Below are positions 13,575 to 26,836 of a DNA stretch of 64,000 nucleotides, in pieces. The DNA comes from Octopus bimaculoides (Eukaryota). Under the pieces are notes generated by a model. The model ran no database searches and was not told the DNA's origin. It saw only the letters and a program-made list of their open reading frames with translations. Location of the stretch: contig NC_069002.1 in the NCBI RefSeq assembly GCF_001194135.2, positions 34,153,909 to 34,217,908 on the forward strand. Direction: 5' to 3'. Position 1 is the first letter of the stretch. The number at the start of each line of letters is the position of its first letter. A program made the position numbers and the translations under genes.

Positions 13575-14065
13575 GACCATCGTTTCGCTGATGTGCATGA
13601 TTAAGTGTGGACTGGTGTATGCGTCAATATTTTTACGAACCCCTGTACACCTTAGTCTCTATGCTTGCCATAGTGGCTGTTTGCGTCCGTATGTGTAACC
13701 ATATTGTATACGAAATTATGAATATAAGCGTATATGTTTATTCGCCTTCATACATAAACGGTTGTGTTTGTCCTTCTAAATTAGCTCACTATTCACTCTT
13801 ATTACGCCACGGACATACATCATGGCGCATGCCATAGATGTCTTCTAATTAATATATGCAATTAATATTTGAAGATTACGTAGAACAATAGCATTGTCAG
13901 AATGGATTATCAACAGTGTGTTTGGTTTAAAGGGGATGCTTAATGGCTTGTGTCGCCATAAACTATAGTTGTTGGCTCATTGATGTCTCACAGGCATCTA
14001 TAGATGAGAGCGAATGATTGTGTTTGTGTAGATAGATGGATGAAGGTTTTACCTTCTACCACTCT

Positions 14066-14198
14066 CTCTCACCCTCTCCACTCTCACCCTCTCCACTCTC
14101 ACCCTCTCCACTCTCACCCTCTCCACTCTCACCCTCTCCACTCTCACCCTCTCCACTCTCACCCTCTCCACTCTCACCCTCTCCACTCTCACCCTCTC
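14066..14198. repeat. Minisatellite, 15-bp unit CTCTCACCCTCTCCA, 8 full copies plus a partial
   Basis: Perfect tandem copies at 15-bp period. Confidence 0.97.
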
Positions 14199-14413
14199 TC
14201 TCTCTCTCTTTGATTCTCTTTCCTACTTTATTCTCTCGACTTCGATTTCTCATATTTTCCTCCTCCTCTCCCTGAATCTCTCTCTATCTCTTTGTCTCTC
14301 TCTCATGGCATCATATTCTATCAAGAGAATAACAATATTTACAATAGTAATAAAAAGAATGTTACTGCTTCTAACAATATTAGCAGTAGTAGTAGCCGAA
14401 GTAGTAGTAGTAA

Positions 14414-14625
14414 TTTCAAATTTTGGCGGAAGGCCAGCGATTTTGGAGGAATGGGGTCTGTCAATTACATCTTTTCCAGTCCTCAACTGGTACTTATTTG
14501 ATGGACCCCAAAAGGATAAAGGTAAAGTCGATTACGGCGGATTTTTGGACTCGGAACCTAAAGACGGTGGAAAAGCCGCGAAAAGCTTTGCCCGACGTAC
14601 AAACGTTTCTGCCACGTCACCGCTT
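14414..14625 (-). mobile_element. SINE family B, diverged
   Basis: Matches the reverse complement of the copy at 41694 (GGTACTTATTT..GACCCC.AAAGGAT.AAGG.AAAGTCGA...GGCGGA). Confidence 0.85.
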
Positions 14626-14635
14626 ACTACTACTA

Positions 14636-14666
<31 letters not shown>

Positions 14667-14752
14667 TTGATGATGATAATAATAATGATAATGACAATAA
14701 TAATAATAGTAATAATAATGATAATGATAATAATGATGATGATAATAAAAAT
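14626..14752. repeat. (TAA)n/(TGA)n trinucleotide repeat
   Basis: Seen directly. Confidence 0.95.
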
Positions 14753-14789
14753 GATAGGCACTGGCTCACCTGGTTTCTGATCTGAACTG

Positions 14790-14960
14790 ATTGGAAGTGT
14801 TATGTACGTTTGTCTTTGTATAAAAGATGGGTGACAGCAAATAATCTGCTTAATACCACAGATTTGTTTGTCAGTTGTTCGACCATAACCAGTTGAGCAT
14901 GTCCTTTAGTGGCTGACGATATGTGCATCTCTGATCACGAGCAGAAGTAGTTGGGGAACA
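14790..14960. mobile_element. Probable interspersed repeat fragment
   Basis: AACCAGTTGAGCATGTCC.TTAGTGGCTGACGATATGTGCATCTCTGATCACGAGCAGAAGTAG recalled as a common octopus repeat. There is no second copy in the window to verify it. Confidence 0.45.
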
Positions 14961-15877
14961 TAAGAATGAGCATTAAATATACAATTTCAATATACAAGAA
15001 TAAGGAGCATTAAACATACAATTTCAAAAGAAAAAAAAGAAACAGTATCAGCAACACAAGCATCGCGAAAATAAACTATAATTACAGCAAAATGACTTGC
15101 GGCATTGAGGTGCGAGTCACACTCCACAATATTGATCCCAGTGTACCTGCTACTGAATTCCATCGATCAAAAAAAGGGTGAAAGTTAAAGTTCAACTCAG
15201 TATGATTCGAAATTTGGGTTAGAACATAAGGAACCGGTACAAAGAGCACAAAACAATTTCTCCGAGAGTTCTAATGATCCTCCAATTCCACTGCTCACGT
15301 AATCTAAATTTAGGCACAGGTCCTAAAATGAATAGGTGTAAATGTTTTTGCAATGGTCCCCTACTTACGCCTACCTAAAATCATATCTTATGAAAACCGA
15401 GAGAATGAAAAGCCAAGGTGGGTGCAGATAAATTTTCTCATACAGCCATAACTAACATAACTTATTACATTCTTTCCTTGTAGGATTCTGTGATTATATC
15501 ACCCATAAAGCCCGTCATCCGTGGGATTTGGTCTGGAAATGGCGTTATCTGAATTCAACAAAAGAGTTTATCCTACGCTGCCTAACATCAAACGATTTGA
15601 GCAAATCAGGATGGATTGATACATGAAAAACAGAATAAGTCGTGGGCACAGTACCACGCTGAAGTATTTCTGCAAAAACGGAATAACTATATACATGCAA
15701 ATATACATACATACATATCTACACACGTACAGATATCTTTTTTTATATCTACATGAGTACATACATATGTACGTCTATACATGCTTACATTCATACATGC
15801 ATTCATTCATTCATTTATTCATTCATACATACATAGACACATACATGCGTAAATACATACACAGAGATATATATAGT

Positions 15878-16175
15878 GCAGGAAGCAGGCTTAGTGGTTA
15901 GTGTAATCGGTTTGCGATCGTGAGGTCATGGATTAGATTACGACGGAACATTCTGACCTTCAGCAAGACACTTTATTTCATGTTGCTCTAGTCTAAATGA
16001 GTTGTACCTGTAATATAAAAGACAAACCTTGTCACATTCTGTGACACGCTGAATCTCACTAAGAGCTACGTCAAAAGTAGGCGTCTGTGGAGTACTCAGT
16101 TACCTAGACATTAATTTCAAGAGCGTGTTGTTCTGTTGATCGGAACAACTGGTACCCCCCTCGTCGTAACCGATA
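15878..16175 (+). mobile_element. Diverged SINE: family-C head and body joined to a family-D 3' tail
   Basis: A-box-like GGCTTAGTGGTTAG, then AGCAAGACACTTTATTTCATGTTGCTC (family C), then CCTTGTCACA.TCTGTG.CACGCTGAAT...GTCTGTGGAGT.CTCAG...GTTGATCGGA.CAACTGG (family D tail). Confidence 0.82.
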
Positions 16176-16465
16176 TGTGAGTGTGTGTATTTATGTGGTG
16201 TGAATGTGTGTGTTTGTATGTGGTGTGTGCGATTCCCACTGTAGCAATCCATGCAGTAACAAGCCATTCGACAGGTATTCTGCAGTGAATGTCCTCATTT
16301 TTTTCAATACTTGCCGAATAATTTGTGACGGTGAAAATGTTGCCCATTAACGACCGTTATATATTGGCTTCTTCGCTGATCCGGTTTCTATAAACAGCAG
16401 GTGTGCAGATAGGTGTTGCCAAACATCAGTGAGAAAACAACTGATTTTGGACAAATATACATTAT

Positions 16466-17356
16466 ATGTATGTATGTATGAATGCATGTATATATGTGTG
16501 TGTATGTATGTATGAATGCATGTATATATGTGTGTATATGTATATATATATGTATGTATATATATGTGTGTGTGTATGTGTATATGTGTATATATATGTA
16601 TGTATATATGTGTGTATATATGTATGTGTATATGTGTATATATATGTGTATATATATGTGTATATATGTGTATATATATGTGTATATATGTGTATATATA
16701 TGTGTATATATGTGTATATATATGTGTATATATGTGTATATATNNNNNNNNNNNNNNNNNNNNNNNNNNNNNNNNNNNNNNNNNNNNNNNNNNNNNNNNN
16801 NNNNNNNNNNNNNNNNNNNNNNNNNNNNNNNNNNNNNNNNNNNNNNNNNNNNNNNNNNNNNNNNNNNNNNNNNNNNNNNNNNNNNNNNNNNNNNNNNNNN
16901 NNNNNNNNNNNNNNNNNNNNNNNNNNNNNNNNNNNNNNNNNNNNNNNNNNNNNNNNNNNNNNNNNNNNNNNNNNNNNNNNNNNNNNNNNNNNNNNNNNNN
17001 NNNNNNNNNNNNNNNNNNNNNNNNNNNNNNNNNNNNNNNNNNNNNNNNNNNNNNNNNNNNNNNNNNNNNNNNNNNNNNNNNNNNNNNNNNNNNNNNNNNN
17101 NNATATGTGTATGTATATATGTATGTATATGTGTATGTATATGTGTATGTATATGTGTATGTATATATATGTGTATGTATATATATATGTATGTATATGT
17201 GTATGTATATATGTATGTATATGTGTATGTATATATGTATGTATATGTGTATATATATATGTATGTGTGTATATATATATGTATGTATATGTGTATATAT
17301 ATATATATGTATGTATATATGTATGTATGTATATATATATATATATATATATATGG
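16466..17356. repeat. Long TA/TG microsatellite complex with a gap at 16744-17102
   Basis: Seen directly. Confidence 0.95.
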
Positions 17357-18088
17357 ATTTTTATATGTTAAACCTTGTGGGTGCTTGTGTTCACGAACTT
17401 AAAAGTGCAAAGCAAGCTGAATATTTTGTTGCGAAAAAGAATTTTAAAAATCAACCAAAAATTTCTATACTCCTTTCGCTGCAAATGCAAAATATATAGA
17501 TTCTAGTAAAAGAGCGATTATTCCTGCAAGGAAGTAGGGGAGAGAGTGAGTGGGAGAAAGGGTGGAATTTCAGTCAGAGATTGAATACCTGAAATTTCGA
17601 TAAACAGAATGAAAAATGAAATATTTACATTTATATGAGACATTTTTATGTTAGTTTATTTTGGCCGATATACATTCTTCGCTAGAATTTTGGATTACAC
17701 ATGGATGAAGCATCCTAATAAATACTAATACAAACCTATTCTAAAACTACGGTATGTATAAATACATACGCAGATATGTTTGCACTTACAAGCATAAAGA
17801 TATATATAGCTACACATATCAACACGTAAAAAATATTTACGAATAAAAAGTGTAGAAGAAAATTTTAAATATGCTGTATGAGCTGAACTTTCGAGATAAC
17901 GAAACGAGAAAATGTGCAGAAGATAAAAACGAAAGTGTATGAACATATGTTTAAAAAAATACGTAATCTTTCTTAGTTAAATATTTGGAATCGTTACAGA
18001 AGCATCTAAAGTGTGTAAATACATATGAACGAATGCTATATAAAGAGGAAATTGGGCTCAAAATAGCTGTTCAATCACATGGATACAT

Positions 18089-18091
18089 AAT

Positions 18092-18146
<55 letters not shown>

Positions 18147-18180
18147 TTAATAATGATTATTATGAAAATAATAATAATGA
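18089..18180. repeat. (TAA)n repeat
   Basis: Seen directly. Confidence 0.95.
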
Positions 18181-18529
18181 TATTTCCTTTTACCCCGTCA
18201 TTTTATTTGTTTACTTTTCTATTTTTCCCCTTTTTTGCTCTCTGTCTTCCCCTTTTCTCTATCACATGACTCTGTAAATGAACAATCTGGCGTGCTTGTT
18301 TTAATGGGCTACCAATGTATACAGTACGTTTCTCTGGCCAAGGTGTCAGGAAGACACTCGGCAAGAAATGAAAACTGCATTGAAAGATACTAAAGTAATA
18401 ATATTAATCATAAAATTATGCACTTCTATGGTAATGCGCAAACTCCCGTTTATGTATATACATATGGATGTTGGGAAGTATATTTATCCACATATATGGA
18501 TGTATGAAGAATCGTGTGTGTGTGTGTGT

Positions 18530-18597
<68 letters not shown>

Positions 18598-19287
18598 CGA
18601 CAGAAGAGTGAGTGTGTGTAGAGATGAAATTAAAACGAGCCAGAATATTTTATTTTTCACTATCACAGAATGGCTGTGGATTTGAATTTACACTAAAAGG
18701 CAAAGAAAAACGTTCCTCCGAGGCGTTGAAATGTATGAGTTTGTATGAATGAGAGTTGTTGCTTGCATGAATCTATAAATCGACCTATTCATATGAATAC
18801 GTATTTGGATGAATATAAATCGTATCGTGTATGAAAAGTTCAAGCGAGATGTTGGTTTTGATGTGAATAAGAATCAGTATTTTGGCCCACGGGATATTTT
18901 AATAATTAATGAATGTAGGCGTGTCAATCTAAGCAACATAATTCTTAGAGATCATCAGGGAAGACACGCACGCACAGGGAAGTTGTTAACTATAAATTAA
19001 ATGGCATCTGCAAATTCAGAAGAGAGTGCAAAAGATATGGAAAACAATGTATATCAATGGACGATGAAAATTTTATAGGAATGTTCACCAAAACAATTTT
19101 ACACTACCGACTGCAAGATGTGCCCTTCTTTGCAACACATGTACAGAGATGAGTGTAAGACCCTTACAAAACCGAAAAGCTAATTCCTTGCTGCACATGT
19201 TTTAGAAGAAAAGGAAATGATAGCAGTATTCGAAATCATGTTGCAGCCATCATATATATATATATATATATATGCATATATATATGC

Positions 19288-19325
<38 letters not shown>

Positions 19326-19454
19326 GTGTGTGTGTATCTATCTATCTATCTATCTATCTATCTCTCTGTGTGAGAGTGTATGTACTCTTGGGGGTACAAA
19401 TTAATCGAGATATTAAAGGACAGTTTAATTAAGTTTCCTTAATTGACGTACAGT

Positions 19455-19678
19455 AGATACCCGTAACATAGTTCTTGGTGATATTCCAGCTGACAGGCTG
19501 GCAAAGGCTGACACTTTCAATTACAGGTACAACTCACTTTTGTGAGCTAAGTGCACTTGAGCACCGTGAGAGAGAGAGAGAGAGGGTCTTGCTGAAGGTC
19601 ACAACGCGCTGCCGGGATTGTAATTGAAGACCTTTCTGTAGTCAATCGAAGAATCTGACCACTAAACAAGCGCCTTCA
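19455..19678 (-). mobile_element. SINE, same C-head/D-tail type as 15878, with an internal (AG)n
   Basis: The reverse complement shows a GAAGGCGC head, ...CCTTCAGCAAGACC, and GAGTTGTACCTGTAATTGAAAGTGTCAGCCTT. Confidence 0.78.
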
Positions 19679-19804
19679 TACACACACACACACACACACG
19701 CACGTTGACACACAGACATACACATAAACATATATCTATATCAGGCAATGTTTATATCGAACATGAAGTGGACGTTTTGTTAGAACGTCGAATCGTGCAG
19801 CATT

Positions 19805-20100
19805 TACCCCGAGTTTTATTCAATAAGAGCCTCCGTGGCACAAGTCTTGCCAAGGTTGTTTATAGAAGACCATCAGTCGCCCATGCATACCAGCCTCCCC
19901 TCTCCACACTACTGATGCTATCTAAGGGAAAGGCAAAGTTGGCACCAGTGGCATCGCAACGCATTTCTACAGCTGAGTGAACTGAAGCAACGTGAAATAA
20001 AGTGCCTTGCAACACAACACGCAGCCCGGTCCGGGAATCGAACTCACAACGACACGATCGTAAGCTCGACACTCTAACCCGGTCCGGGAATCGAACTGAC
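19805..20100 (-). mobile_element. SINE family C with a duplicated B-box
   Basis: Reverse complement: GTTCGATTCCCGGACCGGG, GCAAGGCACTTTATTTCACGTTGCTTCAGTTCACTCAGCTGTAGAAATG...GGCTGGTATGCATGGGCGACTG. It matches the copy at 30217. Confidence 0.9.
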
Positions 20101-20227
20101 TCTCTCATAATGCTATCCCGTTGTTATTGACTTTTCGTATTAATAGTCCCTGTGCTGTTAATATAAATATACACTTGCTTGTTGTTCCGTCACCTGTCTT
20201 TGACTTTTCTTTTCTGTAACATATATG

Positions 20228-20996
20228 CAGGGTGCGATGGCTAAATTTGCACCATTGTGTATTTTCCTTTGCATGCATGTGCAGTATTTGTTTTTGATTT
20301 TGCCGACTCCACAGTATAGTATGGTTAGTTGGTCATCGTGCGTGAGAAAAACAGCACCATGAATCAATTCACTTTGCCAGAGATTTGGAAACATGCTATA
20401 CTGCTTGGCATTCGCGCTGGAACAGATGGTGAACACACAGAAGTGTTGCCTTGCCGTCTCCTCAAAACATGTGCCGAGAGGGATATAAAACTAAATATCC
20501 AGTCAACATCATGGTGTTTGGAGTGATCACTAGTGATGGCAACATTATGCCTCTATTCATCTTTCCACACGGCCTCCCAGTTAACACGGAGGCCTACATC
20601 AAGTGTCTGGAGGAGGCAGTGCTGCCCTGGGTCAAGAGGGTGGCTACTGGAAGACCCTAACATTTGGCCACCGAACTCCACAGACTGCACAACCTATTTG
20701 ATTATTATGTGCGGAGCGCATTTTAGTGACTGACCAACAAAACTCCTTGTGACAGCAAAGAGGTACTGAAGGCAAGGATTATGGCAGCATTCATCAACTT
20801 AGACAAGGAAACCCCCAGAAGAGTTGCAGGAGCTTCCGAACTAGTCTGGAGGCCATGGTTGAAGCCAATGGTTATTTTATTTACTTTAGTATTTCAAGAT
20901 ATTTCTATGTAGTCTCGGTAAATATATCTGTTAAAATGAGATGTCAGTGATATTTTCAGTCTTGTGTAATTTATACGGCAATTCATTCACCGCACC

Positions 20997-20999
<3 letters not shown>
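20228..20999 (+). mobile_element. Internally deleted IS630-Tc1-mariner transposon (maT/DD37D-like) retaining both TIRs
   Basis: Starts CAGGGTGCG and ends CGCACCCTG followed by TA. Peptides KTKYPVNIMVFGVITSDGNIMPLFIFPHGLPVNTEAYIKCLEEAVLPWVKRVATGRP, then WPPNS.DC..(L)DYYV and TNKTPCDSKEVLKARIMAAF. The segment with the second catalytic D is deleted. Confidence 0.9.
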
Positions 21000-21034
<35 letters not shown>

Positions 21035-21044
21035 NNNNNNNNNN

Positions 21045-21084
<40 letters not shown>

Positions 21085-22526
21085 CACACACAAAAGTGCT
21101 GTAAGTGTATGCCTTTTAGACAGAATGTGAAGGAGAATAGTCATTGTATGTGATTTCGTGTGTTTATTTCTATGGGTGTATAAATACCTGTAAATATATC
21201 AGGTTGTATACATCCATCCTAGTTCATCAATTCCATATTTTTCTAATTATTCTTAATGTTAATATACTTAATTCTATTGTTTCTGCATGTAAGATCTGAT
21301 CTAACAATGAATACAGAAATATTTCCAACATAGATTTCTCTCTGCTTAATTCCTGTTTATTCATAGATTTTCTAAATATGAGAACTCCTACTACATATAC
21401 ACAAAGAAGAAAAGAATACACTCACAAATAACAAAAACAGTACAAAGAAAACTCTATAATCCATTCAGTCATTTTAGAGTTTCCAAAATACAATACTATT
21501 ATCATTGATGTTTCATAAAATGTCGATGATAAAATTAGGTCAAAGAAAATTATTGGATATTGATATGCAAAAATATTACAAATGATTTTATTTAATGTCT
21601 GGTGTTATGGTGCAAATATTCAAATTTATATTTGTTGTTCAGTGGATGTCCTCGTATCAAACGCACACACCCGCGCTCGTATTTACTCACACCAACACAA
21701 ATAAAACGCACATACACACATATATTAAGTGTATATACACGTATGTATACCTATGTGTACGTACATATATATAAATATATTTCTATATTGAGAGAGAGAT
21801 AGAGATACATACACACACATATATACATATATAAATCATTGAGAGAGGGAAAAGAAATAAAGGACGTAAATAAATTTACCCTTTCCAGAAACTACTTCCA
21901 AGGAATGCCAGTATTGGGAAAGAGGGTTAGGGGAAAAGTGTAAGCGTTTCTGTCGCAAAACTCTCTCTCTGTATATACATACATATTTAACATAGCAAAT
22001 AAAGAATGGCAATAAAATTATTGATAAAATATTTAAATGATATACGATGAGATGGTAATAACTGAACTGATAAAAGAATTGATGACAATAAAATACGGGT
22101 AAATGAGATTACAATACAAGACTTAATACATTGAAATAAAATGTGATGGTAATAAAAGAAACGATGAAAATATTAAAAAGAAGAAAACCGAAAATCATTA
22201 AGCAAGGTACTTGTTAAACTTGAATTGGCACTATAGTTCATATACTGCTCGCTGCAAACAAAGAGAAATCGTTTTATTCTATGATTCAATGGTTTTTGTG
22301 AAAATGCTGTGTGCATGCAACCTTTAGTGTCTCCGTGTGTTGGTAAGGAAACCGAATGCAACTCGGTGAATTTGTCAAAGAAATTTGTGATGAGAAATTA
22401 ATTCACAGAATGATAGGGCAAGAGAGTTTATCGTATATGAACAGCTAATGTAAAAATAGAACATAGCTGTGTGTGTGAATGTGTGTATATAAAGAGATAT
22501 CATTTATGGTTCGCACATTTTTATTC

Positions 22527-22838
<312 letters not shown>

Positions 22839-23394
22839 GAGGAAAATAAGAAAATGGAGATATAATTGATAAACGTCAATTAGCGTTTATTGATTATAGA
22901 AAAAGACATTATTTTATCTGGCAAAGTATCCCTTCGACCAAGGCAGTCGAAAGGTTTTCAGAGGGATAGCATGTTACATCAATTGATGTATCCTTACTTT
23001 CTCTTTTTCTTTTCTTTTTCTTTACTTTTCCGCTGATGAATTTCCACTACTTATGTTGGTATAATTAATTATTTACAATGATAATTGTTATTGTAGTAAT
23101 TAAGCCAGATTATGCCCTAAATAGCGTCAACAGAAACAGATGTCAGATGAGATAATGTCTGTTTTACAATCAATAAATGATAATTGATGTTTATCAATTA
23201 TCATTTCTATCTCCATATTCTTATTTTCCTTAAATATAAATAAACTTCGGTTTATTTTTTGCATTGCCTATCATTTATGAGCATTAATTCTAATATTCAT
23301 AATCACATATAGGTAATACACCAGTTAATTCATTGAATACATTTATCCGTTAGACGGTTGTTATAACTTATAATTTAAGTCGCCCCCCCACACA

Positions 23395-23429
<35 letters not shown>

Positions 23430-24984
23430 GCACACACACTATTATTATTATTATCATTATCAGGTCAAATATATTTGGAGATGGTTTTGTCTAATATACA
23501 GGCCCTTCACTGTGTTTTGTCGTGGAGAAAGTTTCTCGCCGTTGACAATGGACTGTCAGATGCAGTATTTCGGCGCAGTTTGCTCCCCATCGGAGCAAAA
23601 GCATTCAATATATATATATCTATTAAAGATGATAGTATTTGAGTACTCCAGAAACAGGCGAACGTGTAACATAGCTCTCAGAGAGGAATTTTTAAGTATT
23701 TTAACGACAGATACATATTAGAAGACAATTTTTGGTTGAAATCTTGTTGTTTTGCTGCTGCTATACTATGAATTTCCAGCATCACTGTTTCTCTATTCGG
23801 TTGGTCTCACGTAGGGATCCACGTAAATCAATTGGAGACAGTTGCATGTGACTGGATGTGATGGAATGCGTGCTGGACAAGTCTGCGCCCCCAAACACAC
23901 TCAGTAATCACTGGGCAAAGAATTTAAGATGAGATGACACTGTTCGTGAGATAAGCTAACATCGTGTAGTGTTACTGTGTTTCCACAACGCTGTGGATTT
24001 TTTATTTGCTGATTTTTTGTTACTTATTTTTAATCTTAAACGGCTGTAGCTATTGCTATCTATTGAACTGTTTTTTCTTGATAAAGTAGCACTCAGAAAC
24101 GTGTCACTTCGAAGAAAGATAATATAACCTTGAAGTGTGTTTTGGAAGATTTGTCAGAGATTATTAGATCTGACATATTCGTTTATCACCAGAACTTCCA
24201 TGTTTTCCTAAGTAATCTCAAAATAGAATTTATAAAGATTATTTTAAAAACACCACTAAACCAGAATGCAACATAGAAATCCGTTTAGATAATATTCGAG
24301 CAAGAATATGCCTGTCCAAAAAAAAAAAAAATTACAGTAGAAGTAGAAACTTTCAAACAGAAATATATACATTGAGTTCAACGAGAATAATTTTAAATCA
24401 AGATGCACACAACGCAGCCATTTCCTTTAAATGCAGAAGTAATTATACATAGAAGATCCTGATTGAATACGTTCGACTGGGAAAGATAAATAAGAAAACA
24501 GCTAGCCAATAAGGCAGAGCGTTTATGCAAATGAAACGAATGATAATACCGCATGTTGAACAAGAGTTGAAACGTTCACACCATGCCTGAAAACTTTGAG
24601 GTTTGAGACTTATTAATGTGTCCAGAGATTAAACAGTAGATAGTCTGAAGGTGTCGGCAACAAATGGATTATCAACAAATTCCAGGAAAATAAATAGTAC
24701 CTAGAAATTTAATACAAATTTTGATTGCGAATATCAAGTAGATTATATTGTATATCACACGAATCATCATGAAATGAAATCAGTAATATTTTAATCTAAA
24801 ATATGGTTCCACTTCCCTAGTGCTAAATCACTAAATAGCGACACTTCTGCATTTTCAATGGCTTTTGTTAATTATCTCCTTATATTCTGGCATATATCGT
24901 ACAGTTTATTGAAATGTAGAATATATTTAGTATGCATTTCTGATTAATAATTTGTTGAGTTGATAGGTCTGCAGTTTCTTTCTA

Positions 24985-25145
24985 CGTTCGACACAAGGAC
25001 TGAAATTTGTGGAGTTAGTCGACTCAGTATTCAAGTAGTTCAAATTTATCGATCCCGAAATTTTGAAAGTCTAAGCCACCTGGAAGAAATATCGCAAAGC
25101 ATTTTGTCCGGCGTGCTAACGGTTCTCCAAGTTCGACGCCTTACA
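24985..25145 (-). mobile_element. SINE family B, degraded
   Basis: CACAAGG.CTGAAATTTG...TTTATCGA.CCCGAAA...GCATTTTGTCCGGCGTGCTAACG.TTCT matches the family B reverse complement. Confidence 0.7.
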
Positions 25146-25411
25146 TTTACCATAACATCGTTCAGATTGATAATTTAGGTCCTAGTCTCATGGCAAACAC
25201 TTATAAATATCAAAGTACATTCGTCTGCTCTTATGACAGGCGTGTCTTTAAAATTGAAACCTATCGCTCTTAAATTGCAACACATCAAGGATATTTTAAT
25301 GAAACAATTACTTCAGCGCGCTATCTCGTATTAAGAAATGTCATCATTCACCAAAGATGACTGTCTATAAAGCAAGTGATTGTAAATTAACTAATCTGGA
25401 AAGATATTAGC

Positions 25412-25455
<44 letters not shown>

Positions 25456-25735
25456 CACACACAATGTCTGTGAGAAAGAGAGAGAGGAATAGAGCTAGAT
25501 AGATAATGCATACATAAGTGCATACGTACACACATACATAGATCCATACATACATACGTACGTACGTACGTACGTACATATAAAAAGACACACATTCAAG
25601 AATAGTATCGGATATAATGCAGGAGCGGGCATGAGTTTATTACTGATTGATACACATCATTCAAATGGTGCCTGATGATAGTAACACTCCTCCTGCATAA
25701 ATTTTCTTCCTATTTTCCAAGGCGGTACTTTTTTT

Positions 25736-25886
25736 TAGTTTCTGTCTACCGAAATCTACTCATAAGCTTTTGGTCGACCCGTGGCTATTGTGAAAGATAA
25801 TTGCCGAAATTTCCACGAAATGCGAACGAACCTGGAAACATGTGGTTGAGAAACAAGCTTCTTACCACAGAGCTACGCCTGCGCCA
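25736..25886 (-). mobile_element. SINE family A, 5' part
   Basis: The reverse complement begins GGCGCAGGCGTAGCTCTGTGGTAAGAAGCTTG and continues into the CORE-like body. Confidence 0.85.
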
Positions 25887-25916
25887 GTCATATCTTCGCG
25901 CGCATANNNNNNNNNN

Positions 25917-25954
<38 letters not shown>

Positions 25955-26836
25955 CACACACAATGTCTGTGAGAAAGAGAGAGAGGAATAGAGCTAGATA
26001 GATAATGCATACATAAGTGCATACGTACACACATACATAGATCCATACATACATACGTACGTACGTACGTACGTACATATAAAAAGACACACATTCAAGA
26101 ATAGTATCGGATATAANNNNNNNNNNNNNNNNNNNNNNNNNNNNNNNNNNNNNNNNNNNNNNNNNNNNNNNNNNNNNNNNNNNNNNNNNNNNNNNNNNNN
26201 NNNNNNNNNNNCAGTTTTCATATATGTTTTATGTAGCGTTTTTGGTACCGAAAGACTATCAAACTTCGTATACTTATCTATTTTGTGTTATAGAACAGAA
26301 AAAAATGTTTGTATTCGAAGTTATTTCATGTAAAAAATTGTCTTATTTCGATAATTTCAGCAAATCACTGACAAGTATTCAGCTGTTTACAGTTACTACT
26401 TTGGCAGTTTAAGCGGTGTAAAGCGTATTTAATCTCCATTACTTCTGACATTTTGCAGAGAAGCAACACACGTGTGTTCGTTTTCCCTAACTGACTTGCT
26501 CATTCCCTAAAAAACCAGGCCTTGTGCCTATAATAGAAAGGTTTATTTGCTTCAGCCATTTTTTGACAAGGAAATAATAATTTTATCACCGCCAGAATCG
26601 TTTGAGAATCGTTTGTTTATGTAGTCAGCACTTACTGTATTCGGCTGAATGGACGTCAGTCATTGGTTGAAATTACAGAAATACGACAACTTTCACATGA
26701 AATAACTTGCGATGTACGTTTTTTTGTTAAGAAGACTAAGAGAAAAAGATGTTTTATATGACACATTCTACCAGTGTCTCAAGTTTCAAAGTGTTTCGTG
26801 AAGAAAATACTGGCGCTCCCGTTTTGAACTAGATCC

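Noticed and set aside
14004-14275. ORFs with HPLHS, SPSPL or GESGE repeats
   Set aside because: Produced by the 15-bp minisatellite, which is open in several frames. No flanking domain or splice support.
16466-17499. 300+ aa ORFs here and at 48716-50091, 36890-37445, 40410-40777 and 63140-63635
   Set aside because: They are translations of TA/TG/CA microsatellites and N gaps ([13 protein letters not shown]), not genes.
22975-22990. Perfect 16-bp palindromes TACATCAATTGATGTA and TGACTAAATTTAGTCA (31826-31841)
   Set aside because: A rough estimate for AT-rich DNA gives about one or two such palindromes by chance in a window this size.
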